Virus record (IMG/VR): IMGVR_UViG_3300037755_001279
Location: 32,001-96,000 of that record
From: a virus
Strand: one strand, 5' to 3'
DNA length: 64,000 bases
A program made the translations under genes and the position numbers. Under the pieces are notes generated by a model that worked only from the letters and a program-made list of their open reading frames with translations, did no database searches and was not told where the DNA came from. This document shows, in pieces, positions 21,749-33,031 of this stretch; the first letter of the stretch is position 1, and each line of letters opens with the position of its first letter.

Positions 21749-22404
21749 CCATCACCGATCTCGTCCCGAGCCTCAGCATCGACAACTTCCTGGCGCAGCG
21801 TGACGCGATGATCGAGCGGGCGCACGAGGTGCGCCGGTTGTTGCTGGAGATCAGCGACATCGCTGACACGATGCCGGCAACGACAACCTCGTCGTCCTGG
21901 TTTCGCCTCGCGTTGAACACGTACCCCGCACAGCGTGACTTCGCTAGCGAGGACGGTTTCACGCCGTACATCAAGGCGATTGACGCCGCGTGTTGGGCGC
22001 GTCTCCTCGACCTGTCCGGCCTGCGGACGTTCATGGATGCCGCGGCGCGCGCAGCCTGGGATGAGAACATCGACAAGCAAAACGTCCCGGAGCTGACCTT
22101 CAGCAACGTCGAGGCGACGTTCCAGGAGTTGTACGCCGTGCGCGGCGACATGTTCGAGCGCGGCGTCGTCGCTGTCTTCAAGTCGCTGTCGTGGGACTAC
22201 AAGACCAACAACCCGGTGATGTTCGGCAAGCGGATCATCCTCCGCTACGTGTACAGCACGTGGGGTACGGGCAAGCAACGGTACACCAGCGTCAACCATG
22301 ACGGCACCAACAAGCTCGACGACCGTCTGCAGCAGCACCCGCGGCTGGTGACGCTGGAGATCACCGGCGAAGCGCCGATCGAAACCACCGAGGTTACCTC
22401 GTGA
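21745..22404 (+). CDS. DUF4942-like protein (possibly C-terminally truncated)
   Basis: W..LL..SG...FMD...R..W....PELT..NV.ATF..L......MF.RGVV.VF..LSW.YKTN....FGKRII pattern. Confidence 0.7.
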   Translation: MTITDLVPSLSIDNFLAQRDAMIERAHEVRRLLLEISDIADTMPATTTSSSWFRLALNTYPAQRDFASEDGFTPYIKAIDAACWARLLDLSGLRTFMDAAARAAWDENIDKQNVPELTFSNVEATFQELYAVRGDMFERGVVAVFKSLSWDYKTNNPVMFGKRIILRYVYSTWGTGKQRYTSVNHDGTNKLDDRLQQHPRLVTLEITGEAPIETTEVTS

Positions 22405-22841
22405 CCCCCCTCGACGTCATCAAGAGCTGGGCGGAGACCTGGCGGTCGCTCGCGGCATGGCGCGCGCCGCTCAACGTGGAGATCACCGTCAAGCCGCAAC
22501 CGAAGCACGTCCGACGTCTGGGCACGGCGCAGGCGCGCCAGAAAACTGCCATCATCTACGCCATCGGCGACCTGGCCGAAGACCTCGGTACGGCGCTGCA
22601 CGAAATGGCGCACCTGGCTGCGCCGGTCTACGTGGCGCACGAGCGGCCGTGGCGTGAGATCTTCGTCGCTGCAGCCACCGAGGCGCTCGGTTGCAACGCC
22701 GACCTGTTCGACCTCGACGTCACCGTCGTCGATCTGGACGCGCAGGTCGTGGCGGCGGTTGACGGCTGGCTGGCGCGCACCGGGCAAATCACCGTGCTGC
22801 GCGCGCTGGGCATCATCCCGGCGCGGGCGGTGGGGCGATGA
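22401..22841 (+). CDS. SprT/YgjP-like zinc metallopeptidase
   Basis: LHEMAHL followed by a third His in AHERPW. Confidence 0.6.
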   Translation: MTPLDVIKSWAETWRSLAAWRAPLNVEITVKPQPKHVRRLGTAQARQKTAIIYAIGDLAEDLGTALHEMAHLAAPVYVAHERPWREIFVAAATEALGCNADLFDLDVTVVDLDAQVVAAVDGWLARTGQITVLRALGIIPARAVGR

Positions 22842-23479
22842 GCTGCCGCGGCTGTCAGAAATCGGCGCGCCAGGTCGAGCACCTGATCGCCATGCTCAAG
22901 CGTGCACTCAGCTACATCGACGGCGTGCGCACGGACGCCGACGGTTTCATTGCGTGGGCCGAAACGCACGATGAGCTGCTCACCGAGATCAACAAGCACG
23001 AACCGGCGTGGTCGCCCGGCGATGTATGATCTTGCACGCGATCGACATGGCGCTTGGCGTTGCGTGGGCGCGGCACGCTGCGATCACCGCATCGACGTCA
23101 GCAGCGCGCGACAACACCTACGCCGCGTACGCCGCGTACATTCGTAACTACGCCCCACTGCAACCCGTTGACACACGGTGCGGCGGCTACGGTAAGACCC
23201 ATGCGCGCGCCTATGCGCGCGCCTGTGCCCCACCCAAGGACTAACCCCATGAAGCTCACCATCCAGTTTTCGCCGATCGACATCGACATCACCGCCGAGG
23301 ACGTCGCCACGTACCTCGACACGGACACCCCGACAGACGCCGACATCAGCAAGGCGCTGGACGAGGCGATCGATGCCGCCCTCGACCAGCACGGCCCCGC
23401 GAGCCGCTATCACCATGGTGGCGAACGGATCACGGCGGCCGTGCGTCGGCACCTCGACGCCGAGCGGCAGGAGTAGACC

Positions 23480-23974
23480 ATGACCATGACCAACAAGATG
23501 CGCCGGCGCTATCACGACTTCGCCGGGGAGATCCGCGACCTGGAGACCAAGCTGGCACAGGCGGGCGCCGAAGCGGACCGCCGCGTCGCTGACGCCGTTG
23601 CCGCGGCGACTGCGCCGATCACCGCCGAGCGCGACGTGATCGCCGCCGCCGCGCGGCTGCTGCAGGTGGCGCTGACCGACGCGGGCACGGCATTGACCGA
23701 CGCCAACGGTCTCATCGACGACCTGCACGGCCAGATCGTCCAACTCAGCCGCGACAGCCTCAACCACCGCGCGACCATCGCCAGCCTCAAGGCCAAGCTG
23801 GCCAAGGTCGAGCCGACGCTGCAAGAGTTGGATGGCATCAACCGCCGGCTGCTCGGCTTCATCACGACAGCGGGCGTGCGGTTGCGCCGCAAGGAACAGC
23901 TGCAGATCGATGCCAACCAGAACCGCCGCGCCGTGACGCGGGCGCTGTACATCGCGCCGCCGGAGGACCGGTGA
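23480..23974 (+). CDS. Coiled-coil hypothetical protein
   Basis: GGAG RBS; heptad-like Leu/Ala pattern. Confidence 0.65.
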   Translation: MTMTNKMRRRYHDFAGEIRDLETKLAQAGAEADRRVADAVAAATAPITAERDVIAAAARLLQVALTDAGTALTDANGLIDDLHGQIVQLSRDSLNHRATIASLKAKLAKVEPTLQELDGINRRLLGFITTAGVRLRRKEQLQIDANQNRRAVTRALYIAPPEDR

Positions 23975-24339
23975 CCGCTGACCTCTTCGTCTTCGACACC
24001 GAGCGCAGCTATTGGTTCTGCCGCAACTGCGGCATCGCGCGCGAAGTACACGGCGGCTGCGGTAGGTGCAAACCGTTGAAGCTCATCGTTGCTGCACCGA
24101 CCGCCGCCGTTACCATGCGGATGCGCCGCTTCCGGCTCGTCCGCGACGTGGACGAGACCGGCACGTCCGGCGTCGGAATCGTCGCCGAGGGCTGCGAATT
24201 CAGCAGCGGCATGTGCGCGCTGACCTGGTTGTCGCCCTACCAAACCGTGTCGATGTGGGCATCGATCAAGGCCGTTGAGATCGTGCACGGGCACAGCGGA
24301 AAGACCCGCGTGGTCTGGATCGACCCGGTGCTGTTGTGA
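23971..24339 (+). CDS. Conserved phage hypothetical protein with N-terminal zinc ribbon
   Basis: CRNC/CGRC, then RRFRLVRDVDETGTSGVGIVAEG.EF...HGHSGKTRVVW, a pattern recalled from many phages. Confidence 0.65.
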   Translation: MTADLFVFDTERSYWFCRNCGIAREVHGGCGRCKPLKLIVAAPTAAVTMRMRRFRLVRDVDETGTSGVGIVAEGCEFSSGMCALTWLSPYQTVSMWASIKAVEIVHGHSGKTRVVWIDPVLL

Positions 24340-25242
24340 GGTGCAGCGTTCGTGGGTGCACCGCGCCCGCGTACTGCGGCAACGTGTGCGTGGGCTGCCG
24401 GCTCGGGATTCCGTTCCGCAACGCTGTCGACGATGCCTTGGCCGAGCCGGAACCCGAGACCCTCGGCGCGACCAAGAAAGACCTCGCCCCATGACCAACC
24501 GAGCCCCGATCGTGAAATGCAACACCGCCCTGCCCGGCGCACCCGAGGCGCGAGCTGGAGAGGCCAAGCGGGGGGAAACCTACCGCCGCGTCTTTGTACA
24601 CTTCCACGCCGGCGACGGTCAAGAGGCCGCGGACGTCGTGATCCACGTCTACCGTGATGACGCCGACGGCGCGCCGGTGATCGACGTTGTGGCAGCGCCG
24701 CCGGGCGCCCGCGTTGTCACGCAGTCGACGGCAGCGGCGGAGGCCGCGACGGTACGTGCCGTGCGTGAGGCCGCCAAGGCGTCGGAAATGCTGCCGTGGC
24801 GTGTGCCCACGCCGGTGCTGGACGCCATGATCAAGCCTGACGACGTCCGTTGTCCGCACGACGGCGCCAAGTGTCACCACAACTGCAGCCGCATCGGCTA
24901 CATGCCGGGACTGCCGGCTGACCTGACCGGCCCGACGTGCTACCGCAAGAAGTACGACATGGCGCTGACCTCGCCGTATTCGGGCTTCCCGCAGAACGGA
25001 GATCGCCCGATCGGTGGCGTGCCGGCGCCAGTGCCGCGCGTTGCCGCGTCACACGATGACTTCAGTGCGGTGTGGGCAACGGAGCTGGGTGCAGCTCCGC
25101 GGTGCAATCACCCCGTTCATGGTGCTGTCCACACGCGTCCCGCCGTGTACACCCATTGCCCCGAGCACGGCGATGCGCTGATCAACGGTCGCTGCGGCAA
25201 CTGTGACTCGCCTTTCGATGACGCCGACGCGCCGGAGGTCGG

Positions 25243-26679
25243 TTGATGAAAACGGAGACCATGTGTTTCGTCGTCTACGGTGCGGACTTCACGCGCATGG
25301 CACGTGAACGGCTGCTCGAAGACGACCCGGGCCATGCCTGGCGCATCGCCTCGTGCATCATGGGTGACGAAGGTGCCGAGCGCGTGGCCATCGAGATCTT
25401 GCAAGGCAAGACGCGGCTGACCGGCGACTCGTCGTCGGGGATGACGCCGGAGATTGAGACCGCAGTGGTGCGCGAGGCGCACGAGAACGCGCTGGCGTGG
25501 CTGTACGCCGGCCGTATCAGGATCAACGGCCTGTGGTACCGCCCGATCGCGCACGTCACGGACTGCGGGCCCAACGACATGAAAAATGACCACGGCAGGG
25601 TCGTGCGCCCGCCGTCCAGCGGCAAATTCGGCGGGTACATCAACCGGCCATGGCACTACGCCCGACCCAAGGAAATCGTCCCGGACGAAACCCCCGACAT
25701 CATCTTCGAGCCATGCGGCGAGTTGCCACACTGGATGCAGCCCACGTTGAGCCCGGCGGTAGCGGTGGAAGCCTGGCGCGCAGTGGGCCGGACGTTGGAA
25801 GAACGGTCGCACAGCTTGTGGTACTCGTTTTCGGAGCCGGTAACCGATGAGGCACGGGACGCTGCCGTCGAGGCTGAAGAGCTGGCGGCGGCGTGGGGAA
25901 CGCCAGCGCAGCGTGACGCACGGCGTGACGCCGAGTACGCCGAACAAGATCGCCGCAAAGCTGAACGGCGCGCTGCATGGCGCAGCGCCATCCTCGAACA
26001 AGCCAAGGGCGACCTGATCAAGCTGACGTGGCCCGCGACCGGCAAGCACCCCGCCGGCGAAGCCATGATCCCGCGCACACCGTTTGTTCGCTGGGTGGTC
26101 GAGCGCTACCCCCGCCTGCGGCATCTCGGGGCCCCGACGTGGAACAACGTCTGCCCGTGGGGCATGAAGCTACAGAATGACAGCTCTGATCACTCCGACT
26201 GGATGATCGGCGGCGGGTTGTTCGATGCGCTCGATGACGGGTACCTCCAGCACCCGTCGTACGACGCGGCTATCAGCCTGATGTCCGAGATGCTCGAAGA
26301 GCTAGGGCAGCGCATCAACGATGGCATCTTGATTTTGTCGCCGGGGCATTGCAGCATCACCAGCCGCGTCGTTCACGGCAAGCTGAACACGCCGTCACCG
26401 ATCGGCTCGATCGTCGTCCTGCCAGACCTGCGCCCCGCATACCTCGCAGCGATCAAGGACGCCGCAGCGGTGCTCACGGAAGCCGGCGGTGCAGCGTCGC
26501 ACCTGGCCAACGTCGGGCGTGACTGCGCCTTGCCGATGTTGCTCGTGCCTGACGCGTTGCGGCGCTTCGCAGCGGGTGCGCGCATCACCGTCGATGCTGA
26601 AAACGGTGGCGTTGACCTTGCGCGCGAAGCCAACGACGAGGACGCCCCCGACGTCGGACCCGCCTGTTACCCTTTCTGA
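25243..26679 (+). CDS. Protein with C-terminal PEP-utilising enzyme mobile (phospho-His swivel) domain
   Basis: GSIVVLPDL.P.Y...IKDAAAVLTEAGGAASHLANVGR...LP...GARITVDAENG.V. Confidence 0.75.
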   Translation: MMKTETMCFVVYGADFTRMARERLLEDDPGHAWRIASCIMGDEGAERVAIEILQGKTRLTGDSSSGMTPEIETAVVREAHENALAWLYAGRIRINGLWYRPIAHVTDCGPNDMKNDHGRVVRPPSSGKFGGYINRPWHYARPKEIVPDETPDIIFEPCGELPHWMQPTLSPAVAVEAWRAVGRTLEERSHSLWYSFSEPVTDEARDAAVEAEELAAAWGTPAQRDARRDAEYAEQDRRKAERRAAWRSAILEQAKGDLIKLTWPATGKHPAGEAMIPRTPFVRWVVERYPRLRHLGAPTWNNVCPWGMKLQNDSSDHSDWMIGGGLFDALDDGYLQHPSYDAAISLMSEMLEELGQRINDGILILSPGHCSITSRVVHGKLNTPSPIGSIVVLPDLRPAYLAAIKDAAAVLTEAGGAASHLANVGRDCALPMLLVPDALRRFAAGARITVDAENGGVDLAREANDEDAPDVGPACYPF

Positions 26680-27564
26680 AGGAACTCGTAAAATGTCTGA
26701 CCCTGCCCCTGACCTGACCAAAAACGCCGCCGGCCGCACCATGCACGAGCACGGGCTGCACAGCGCCAAGCTAAGCATCGCGCGCCTCGCGCGCTTCGCG
26801 CAGCTTGACGCCCCGGTCACAATCCTCATCAACGAGCTGCTCATTCTCAAGCGGCGGTTGATGCTGGCTGCGCCCGAAGCCTACGCACGGAGCAGCCTGC
26901 TCGAAAAAATGGAGCACCTGAAGCCGATGTCAGGGTTCTGCGCGACCGTCGACTGCACGCGCACGCTCGCGGACGACCAGATGCGCATCCACGGCGCCGT
27001 TTGCCCGACCTGCAAGACGGAAGACGTCTTCGATGATGACGACGCCGAAGGTGAGGACGTGTCGTGAGCGAAGACAGCACCCCCGACCCGCGCATCACCG
27101 AGCTGGGCCAACTAGCCGATGAGCTGCGCAAGCGAACGCAGGCGCGCAACGTCGCTGCCGGACTACGCAATCAGATCGAGGCCGATCGCATTCGTGCGGC
27201 CATCGAAGCGGCCCAACCAGGGCTCGCCGTGGTGGCACTGGAACATGACATCGTTTTGATCAAACCCACGCTGTTGCATGAGCGGATCGCGCTGCTGCAG
27301 TTGTCAGGCACGCGCAACGGCGACGTGCCGGAATCGCCGACGACACCATTTCCTCGGTCATTCGTCGTCGACAAAAATGGGTTCATCTACGAAGTCACCG
27401 TAGCTTTCCACGGGCCGGGACAAACGCGTGCGTCGCGCGACGCACTGGATCTTGCCACCATCATCGGGCCTGGCGCCGCGGACGCCGTTGTCAAAGCCCT
27501 GACGGACGCCATCAAGCGCGGCCTCAGCGGCACCCCCGAAATCTGATCTCGCACACGATCCCCC

Positions 27565-27593
27565 TTGCGGGCTGCCGCCGGACGATCTACAAC
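27565..27593 (+). promoter_or_regulatory. sigma70-like promoter of the AAA/vWA operon
   Basis: TTGCGG-N17-TACAAC; the same hexamers and spacing occur at 55209-55237. Confidence 0.55.
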
Positions 27594-27615
27594 CAGTTTC
27601 GCAAACGAGAAAACA

Positions 27616-28848
27616 ATGACCACGGCATCCATCGACAGCATCTACTTGAATCTGCACCAAACGGGGGTCGCCATCGCCGCGTGTGCACGCGCAGGCCGCG
27701 TCGCGCTGGTGTTTGGTCCGCCGGGCATCGCCAAGACGACGCTCGCGCGCGCCGTCACACCGGTCGTTGCGCGGCACCTCGGGTACAACACCACAAGCCC
27801 GGACGATCCGATGTACCCGGCCATCGACTGCGTACTGTCGAACCGCGACGCCGTAGACATCGGCGGGTACCCCGTGACGTTCCCCGACGGCGAAGTCCGC
27901 CTCCAGCTGTTCGGCACGCTGCGTCAGGCCGAGCAACGTCCAGGCTTGCTCATCCTCGACGAGTTGACCACCTGCACGCAGGCCGTCCAGGGTCCGGCCA
28001 TGCGCCTGGTGCTCGAACGGTACGCCGGCGAGAATCCGCTGCACAAGGACACACGCATCGTGTGCCTCGCCAACAGGCCTGATCAAGCGCCTGGCGGCAT
28101 CCAGCTGACGGCGACGCTGATCAATCGTGTGATCATCATCAACTGTCAGCCGACGGTGACCGAGATCAGCGATTACTTCTGTGCCGCCCCCGCGGCGCGC
28201 CTTGACACCATGGTCGAGCTGCCGTCGGACGCTGTGTGGCAGGCTCGCCGGCAGCAGCTCATGGCGACGGCAGGGGTGATCTTCACGCAGCGCCCCGATT
28301 TGCTGTGTTTCGATCCGCCGCCGGCGGCGATCAGCGACGGAGAATCCTTCGCCAGCCCCCGCGCCTGGGAGATTTGCTGTGACGTCATCTCGACGTTGCC
28401 CAGCATGAGCGGCGACGATTCCATCGTACAGGCGATTGCGGTCGGCACTCTCGGCGCTGCGCGCGCGTTCGCGTTCCTGTCGATCCTCAAGGCACGTGAG
28501 CACTTGCCGTCGGTCGACGACGTGATCAAGTCCCCGGACACCGCCTTGGTGCCCGACGAGACCAAGATGATCGACGACGGCCAGGGTGGCCGCAAGCAGA
28601 TTGGCCGCGACGTCACCTTCGCGGCCATCCCGCTGGTGATCGAGGCGTCCCGCATCGATAGCTGGGCGGCCTGGGTGTACATCGAGCGGTTGCCCTCCGA
28701 GATCGTCGCTGCTGTGGCCAAGGGCATCACGTCGAACATCTACGCGCCTGCTGCGTCACCTTGGTTGGCACGTGGGCAACGAATCATGCTCGATACCGTG
28801 CGGCAGCTCGGCGGCTTGCCCGCGTCACAGGTCAAAAAGGCCAGCTGA
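27616..28848 (+). CDS. MoxR-like AAA+ ATPase
   Basis: Walker A GPPGIAKT, Walker B LLILDE, sensor CLAN, LINR arginine finger, FASPRAWE. Confidence 0.9.
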   Translation: MTTASIDSIYLNLHQTGVAIAACARAGRVALVFGPPGIAKTTLARAVTPVVARHLGYNTTSPDDPMYPAIDCVLSNRDAVDIGGYPVTFPDGEVRLQLFGTLRQAEQRPGLLILDELTTCTQAVQGPAMRLVLERYAGENPLHKDTRIVCLANRPDQAPGGIQLTATLINRVIIINCQPTVTEISDYFCAAPAARLDTMVELPSDAVWQARRQQLMATAGVIFTQRPDLLCFDPPPAAISDGESFASPRAWEICCDVISTLPSMSGDDSIVQAIAVGTLGAARAFAFLSILKAREHLPSVDDVIKSPDTALVPDETKMIDDGQGGRKQIGRDVTFAAIPLVIEASRIDSWAAWVYIERLPSEIVAAVAKGITSNIYAPAASPWLARGQRIMLDTVRQLGGLPASQVKKAS

Positions 28849-30023
28849 TGCCGCCGTCTGTCATCCCACGCTTGACGCAGCTGAAGCACAACTTGTGCTG
28901 GATCTCACCGTACCTTGCGCCGGCAATCGCGGCGCTCAAAATTATCGAGACCGATCGGTTGCCAGACAAGACGGCGGCTGTCGACAGCCACGGGCGCATG
29001 TTCATCGACCCGCAGTGGAGCACCAAACAGTCCGACGAGGAAATTCGATTCACGATCCTGCACGAATGCCTGCACCTGCTGCTTGGACATCACCATCGTC
29101 GTGGATCGCGGCACTCCGAGATCTGGAACATCGCTGCCGACCTCGTCATCAATGACGCCATCAACGCCTTGAACCTGCGCACGTCAGCACCGGCCGGCGT
29201 GCTCAATCGTGCTGTGCACACACCCGACATCGCACCCAACTTGACCGTCGAAGAGGTCTACGAGCTGTTGATGGCGAGCCACGTCAAGATCATCGCCGGT
29301 CCGGGTCCCGGCAGCGGTTGCGGTGTCATCGATGCCGATGCTGATGCGGGCGACGGCGTGTCGCCGAGTCAGTGGCGCGACCTCAAGCACACCGTTGAAA
29401 CGCTCGTGCGCGGTGCATCGGACGGCACGCGCGCGCTAGTACCGCTCTTGACCGTTCCACCGAGCCGCGTGCGTTGGGCCGCGCTCGTCCGTCAGCTGGC
29501 TTCGACGGCAGTGAGTCAAGCGGGGCGCGACGTCACGACATGGGCGCGGCGCTCGCGACGGTCGCCGTCGAACGTCAACTTGCCGGGCGCGCGGACCAAC
29601 GTGGTCAAGCTGGCTATCGTCATCGATGCCAGCGGTTCGATGTCCGACGACGAAGTGTCTGTGTGCGTGGCCGAAGCGTACGCTGCCGTCATGGCGGCCG
29701 GCGTTGAAGCCTTCCTTGTGGTGCATGATCACGTAGTCCAAAGCACGGCGTGGATCAAGCCTGGAAGTGGCGTCGGCGCCATCGTCAAGCACATCAAGGG
29801 CCGCGGTGGGACGGCGTTCACGCCGGCGTACGCTGCCGTGGCAGAGACTCGCGCCAAGTTCGCGGCCATCACGCATTTTACCGACGGGTATCCTTGTGAG
29901 CTGTGGCCGAACAGGCCGCGCAACTGCGCGCGGGGCATCATCGCGCTGACGCCGGAGGGCCGGCAAGCCGTGATGCCAGGCGGCTGGCGCGTGGTGCCGA
30001 TCGAAGTGCCGGGGAGGGTATAA
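28848..30023 (+). CDS. DUF2201-type metallopeptidase + vWA domain protein
   Basis: TAAVD, LHECLHLLLGH, WNIAADLVIN; MIDAS DASGSM, GRGGTAF, FTDG. Confidence 0.9.
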   Translation: MPPSVIPRLTQLKHNLCWISPYLAPAIAALKIIETDRLPDKTAAVDSHGRMFIDPQWSTKQSDEEIRFTILHECLHLLLGHHHRRGSRHSEIWNIAADLVINDAINALNLRTSAPAGVLNRAVHTPDIAPNLTVEEVYELLMASHVKIIAGPGPGSGCGVIDADADAGDGVSPSQWRDLKHTVETLVRGASDGTRALVPLLTVPPSRVRWAALVRQLASTAVSQAGRDVTTWARRSRRSPSNVNLPGARTNVVKLAIVIDASGSMSDDEVSVCVAEAYAAVMAAGVEAFLVVHDHVVQSTAWIKPGSGVGAIVKHIKGRGGTAFTPAYAAVAETRAKFAAITHFTDGYPCELWPNRPRNCARGIIALTPEGRQAVMPGGWRVVPIEVPGRV

Positions 30024-30449
30024 AATGGGCAAGAGTCATCACGACTGCGACGCGCCCGGTTGCGAGGTGCAGATCGCGTGGGCCGACCCACACGCATACT
30101 GCGACAAGCACCGTCGCGATAACATCGTCACCGGGTGCGCACAGGTCGTCGTACCGTTCACCGGCGAACGGCCACAATGGCACGCGCTGACTCGGTCGTT
30201 GTGTGCCCACGGAATTGCGAGGCTTTGTCTACCCTACGAAGTAAAAACGCCGCCGTCGACCGTAGGCGAGCCGCCGTCGATCGCAGGCGAGCTGTACGCC
30301 CGATGCCGGAGCTTGACGGATACCTCTGAACAAGTTGCCGTGCTGCTGCGTGAATGGCTCAGCGCCGAAGGGCTGACCGGTGACGTGGCGGCGCTCGACG
30401 TGAAAGCAGCGATGCCTTGGCTCGGGCAGCATTCACCGCCGAAAAACCC

Positions 30450-31196
30450 ATGACCCCCAAACTCCGCCCACGTCAGCAAGCGATCCAGATCGCCCCCGGC
30501 CGCGCTGTGCTCAACCTTTCCGGTGCGCGGGGCGGTGTCACCTACCGCACGGAGGTCATCACCGACCGGACGCAGGTGCGGCACAGCCGCCGCGTCGAGT
30601 CCCGCGTCGTCAAGACCATCGACAACGAGGCGCTGGTGCGCGAGATCGACGCGGTCATCAAGAACGTCGACGACACCGTCATGCGGCGTCTGTGCGTCAA
30701 GATGACGTTCGGCCATTTCCTGCCGGAGCACAACGCCGCCGAGCTTCACCAGGAAATCGCGCAGCTGCGTGGGCGCGTTGAAGCACTCAACGCCGCCGCG
30801 GTGGCGATGGGCAGCCGACACCATGGCAGCGTCGGCGTCTTGACGCCAGCGCTCGACATCGATGACCCGCACTTCGTGATGGAGTGCTGCCGCACGGTGA
30901 CGGCCGCGCTGACCGACGTGTACGCGGCGCTCCAAGCGGGTGACATCGACGACCAGCAGGCTGACGGCCGGGTCATTCGAAACGCGCTGAAGCCGGCGCT
31001 GCTGCGCGCCAAGAACATCGAAGCGCTGGCTGAGGGAGACGCCGGCACGCTGCTGCAACAGGCCTTCGCGCGCGTGCGCAGCGTCAAGTCTGAGATCCGA
31101 TCGCTCATCGCTGCGGGCGCACCGCCGGATGAAGCTGGCCGCAACGTCAACCTGCGCGACGTCGAGCGCGCGCTGCAGCTGTTTCAAGTGCCATGA
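30450..31196 (+). CDS. DUF3150-like helical protein associated with the AAA/vWA module
   Basis: Downstream of the vWA gene; LC....FG.FLP.....EL...I pattern. Confidence 0.5.
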   Translation: MTPKLRPRQQAIQIAPGRAVLNLSGARGGVTYRTEVITDRTQVRHSRRVESRVVKTIDNEALVREIDAVIKNVDDTVMRRLCVKMTFGHFLPEHNAAELHQEIAQLRGRVEALNAAAVAMGSRHHGSVGVLTPALDIDDPHFVMECCRTVTAALTDVYAALQAGDIDDQQADGRVIRNALKPALLRAKNIEALAEGDAGTLLQQAFARVRSVKSEIRSLIAAGAPPDEAGRNVNLRDVERALQLFQVP

Positions 31197-32951
31197 CGCT
31201 TTCGGCCGCGGCTGATTCACTGCTCGTTGAATGGCACGAGACTTTCGTTTCGCAGGCCAACGCCGCCCTCGAAAAATTCGTCTGGGACGCAACACAGGTA
31301 GCGCCGGTATGTACTTCAACCCTGGGCCATTCCTTGCGGACTTACTGACGAATGTTGATGCCTACGTCCGCGGCGAGGGCACGCAGATTGTCTACAGCGC
31401 CGGCAACGATTACACCAGTCGGCATCGCTGCGCCAAACCTCGCACAACTTCCGCCGACCTGCAGCAGGAAGACACGATCCTGGCTGCCTGGCGACAGCAC
31501 GACGAAAGCCCAAAATGACGACACCCCAAAAATGGCACGTGCCGGCCAACCCTATCGCGCAGCAAGCCGAAACGCGCGGTGAACCGATGCCTATCGGTGA
31601 GACGGCCGCGGCGCTCACCGCGCGCGGGTACGACGTGCCGGCAGCGATTCCACCGGCGGCCGTCCTTGCCGCTGTCGCTGAAAGTCCGACGGGGTACGCC
31701 TGGCGCTGGGTAGGGTCGCGATTCGAGGCGGTAGACGCACCGCTCAATGCCGAAGAGCGCGCATGGTACCTCGCAACGTGAAGAACATGCCCAAACTCAA
31801 GTCGCCCAAGAAACTTGAACGCCGCTTCGTCATCTACGGCGTCAAGCCGACGTCCAAGCTGTTCCCGGCGTGCTGCCGGCTCTGGTTGTCCGTCGACGGC
31901 CGCAAGGTGTCGTTCGACGGGTTCGAGGCTGCGCCCATTTCGCGCCACTACACACCCGGCAGCCTGCCCGAGCGCTACCTGGCGCGCGCGCTGCGGGCCA
32001 TCAAGGGCGAGCACCCGACGACGTGGGGTAAGCTGGAGACGGTGTGGCGGTGGCAAAACGAGTAGACCTGGCGACGCTTGAGGCGTGGCACGTGGCGCTC
32101 GCACAGCTTGACGTCGAGCTGCTGAAGTTCACGTGGACGCCGGAAGCACACCCGCGCCATGCGCTCAACGGCGAGGCCATGCGCGGCCGCGCCGTCGTTT
32201 TGTGGCAACAAACAGGCGGCGTGAAGGTGTCGGTCTTTAGCAGTGCGCCGAGCAACATGATCGTGCGCGTAGCGGTTCCGTGGGCGGCTACAGCGCAGCT
32301 GACCGGTTGGCGGCCGCTCGACGGTGAACCTGAGCATTCACCCGAGCGCAAACGATTGTGGCCTCGCGGCGCTGCGTGGGAAGCTACGTTCACGCACTGT
32401 CTCGGCCGCGGCCGCGGTACGTGGTTGATCGCACGGCTGAGCGCCGGCAAGTACGCTATTGCTGCAGCAACGTTCACGTGTCGCGCCGCGCAGCTGCGTA
32501 AAGCCAGCGCGCGCGCCGCGCAGCTGGGCGCCGGCGAGCTTGGCCGTGAAGTCTCGCACATCGGCCACGGCGCTGTGTCGAACTACCCGCGGCACGTACT
32601 AGGTACGCGCCTGCTGCTGTCCACGGCGGACCGTGAAGCTGGCGATGCCTACCGGATCCCGTGGGCGACATGACCTCCGACGAGCTTCTGATTGCCTGGC
32701 ACGAGGCGCTGCAGCCGTTCGCGGTGCAGCGCTTCGTGTGGGACGCCGTTGCCTGCGCGCCGGCGGAGTTGGCGTTCGCGCCACGCCTCGTGGCGCTGAA
32801 GATCAACGCGTTCGCGGCCCACGGGATCCTGTCCGTACACTATACAGACGTTGACGCTGACCAAACGTGCAACGTCGTGGTTCAGCTTCGCTGCAGCGGT
32901 GGCCGCAGCCGGCCGCCGTCCGCCGTTGTCGGAGAGATCCTGCGCAGGATT

Positions 32952-33007
32952 CCGGATCAGCTCTTGACATGGTCACATGCCGGATCAGCTCTTGACATGG
33001 TCACATG
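32952..33007. repeat. Perfect 28-bp tandem duplication
   Basis: CCGGATCAGCTCTTGACATGGTCACATG at 32952-32979 and 32980-33007. Confidence 0.95.
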
Positions 33008-33031
33008 TCAGGACTAAGATTTAGTATACTA
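32992..33031 (+). promoter_or_regulatory. Near-consensus sigma70 promoter overlapped by palindromic operator
   Basis: TTGACA(32992)-N17-TAAGAT(33015); palindromes TGACATG-GTCA-CATGTCA (32993-33010) and TAGTATACTA (33022-33031). Confidence 0.75.

Noticed and set aside
32952-33007. 28-bp repeat as a CRISPR array
   Set aside because: Only two directly adjacent copies, with no spacers and no cas genes.
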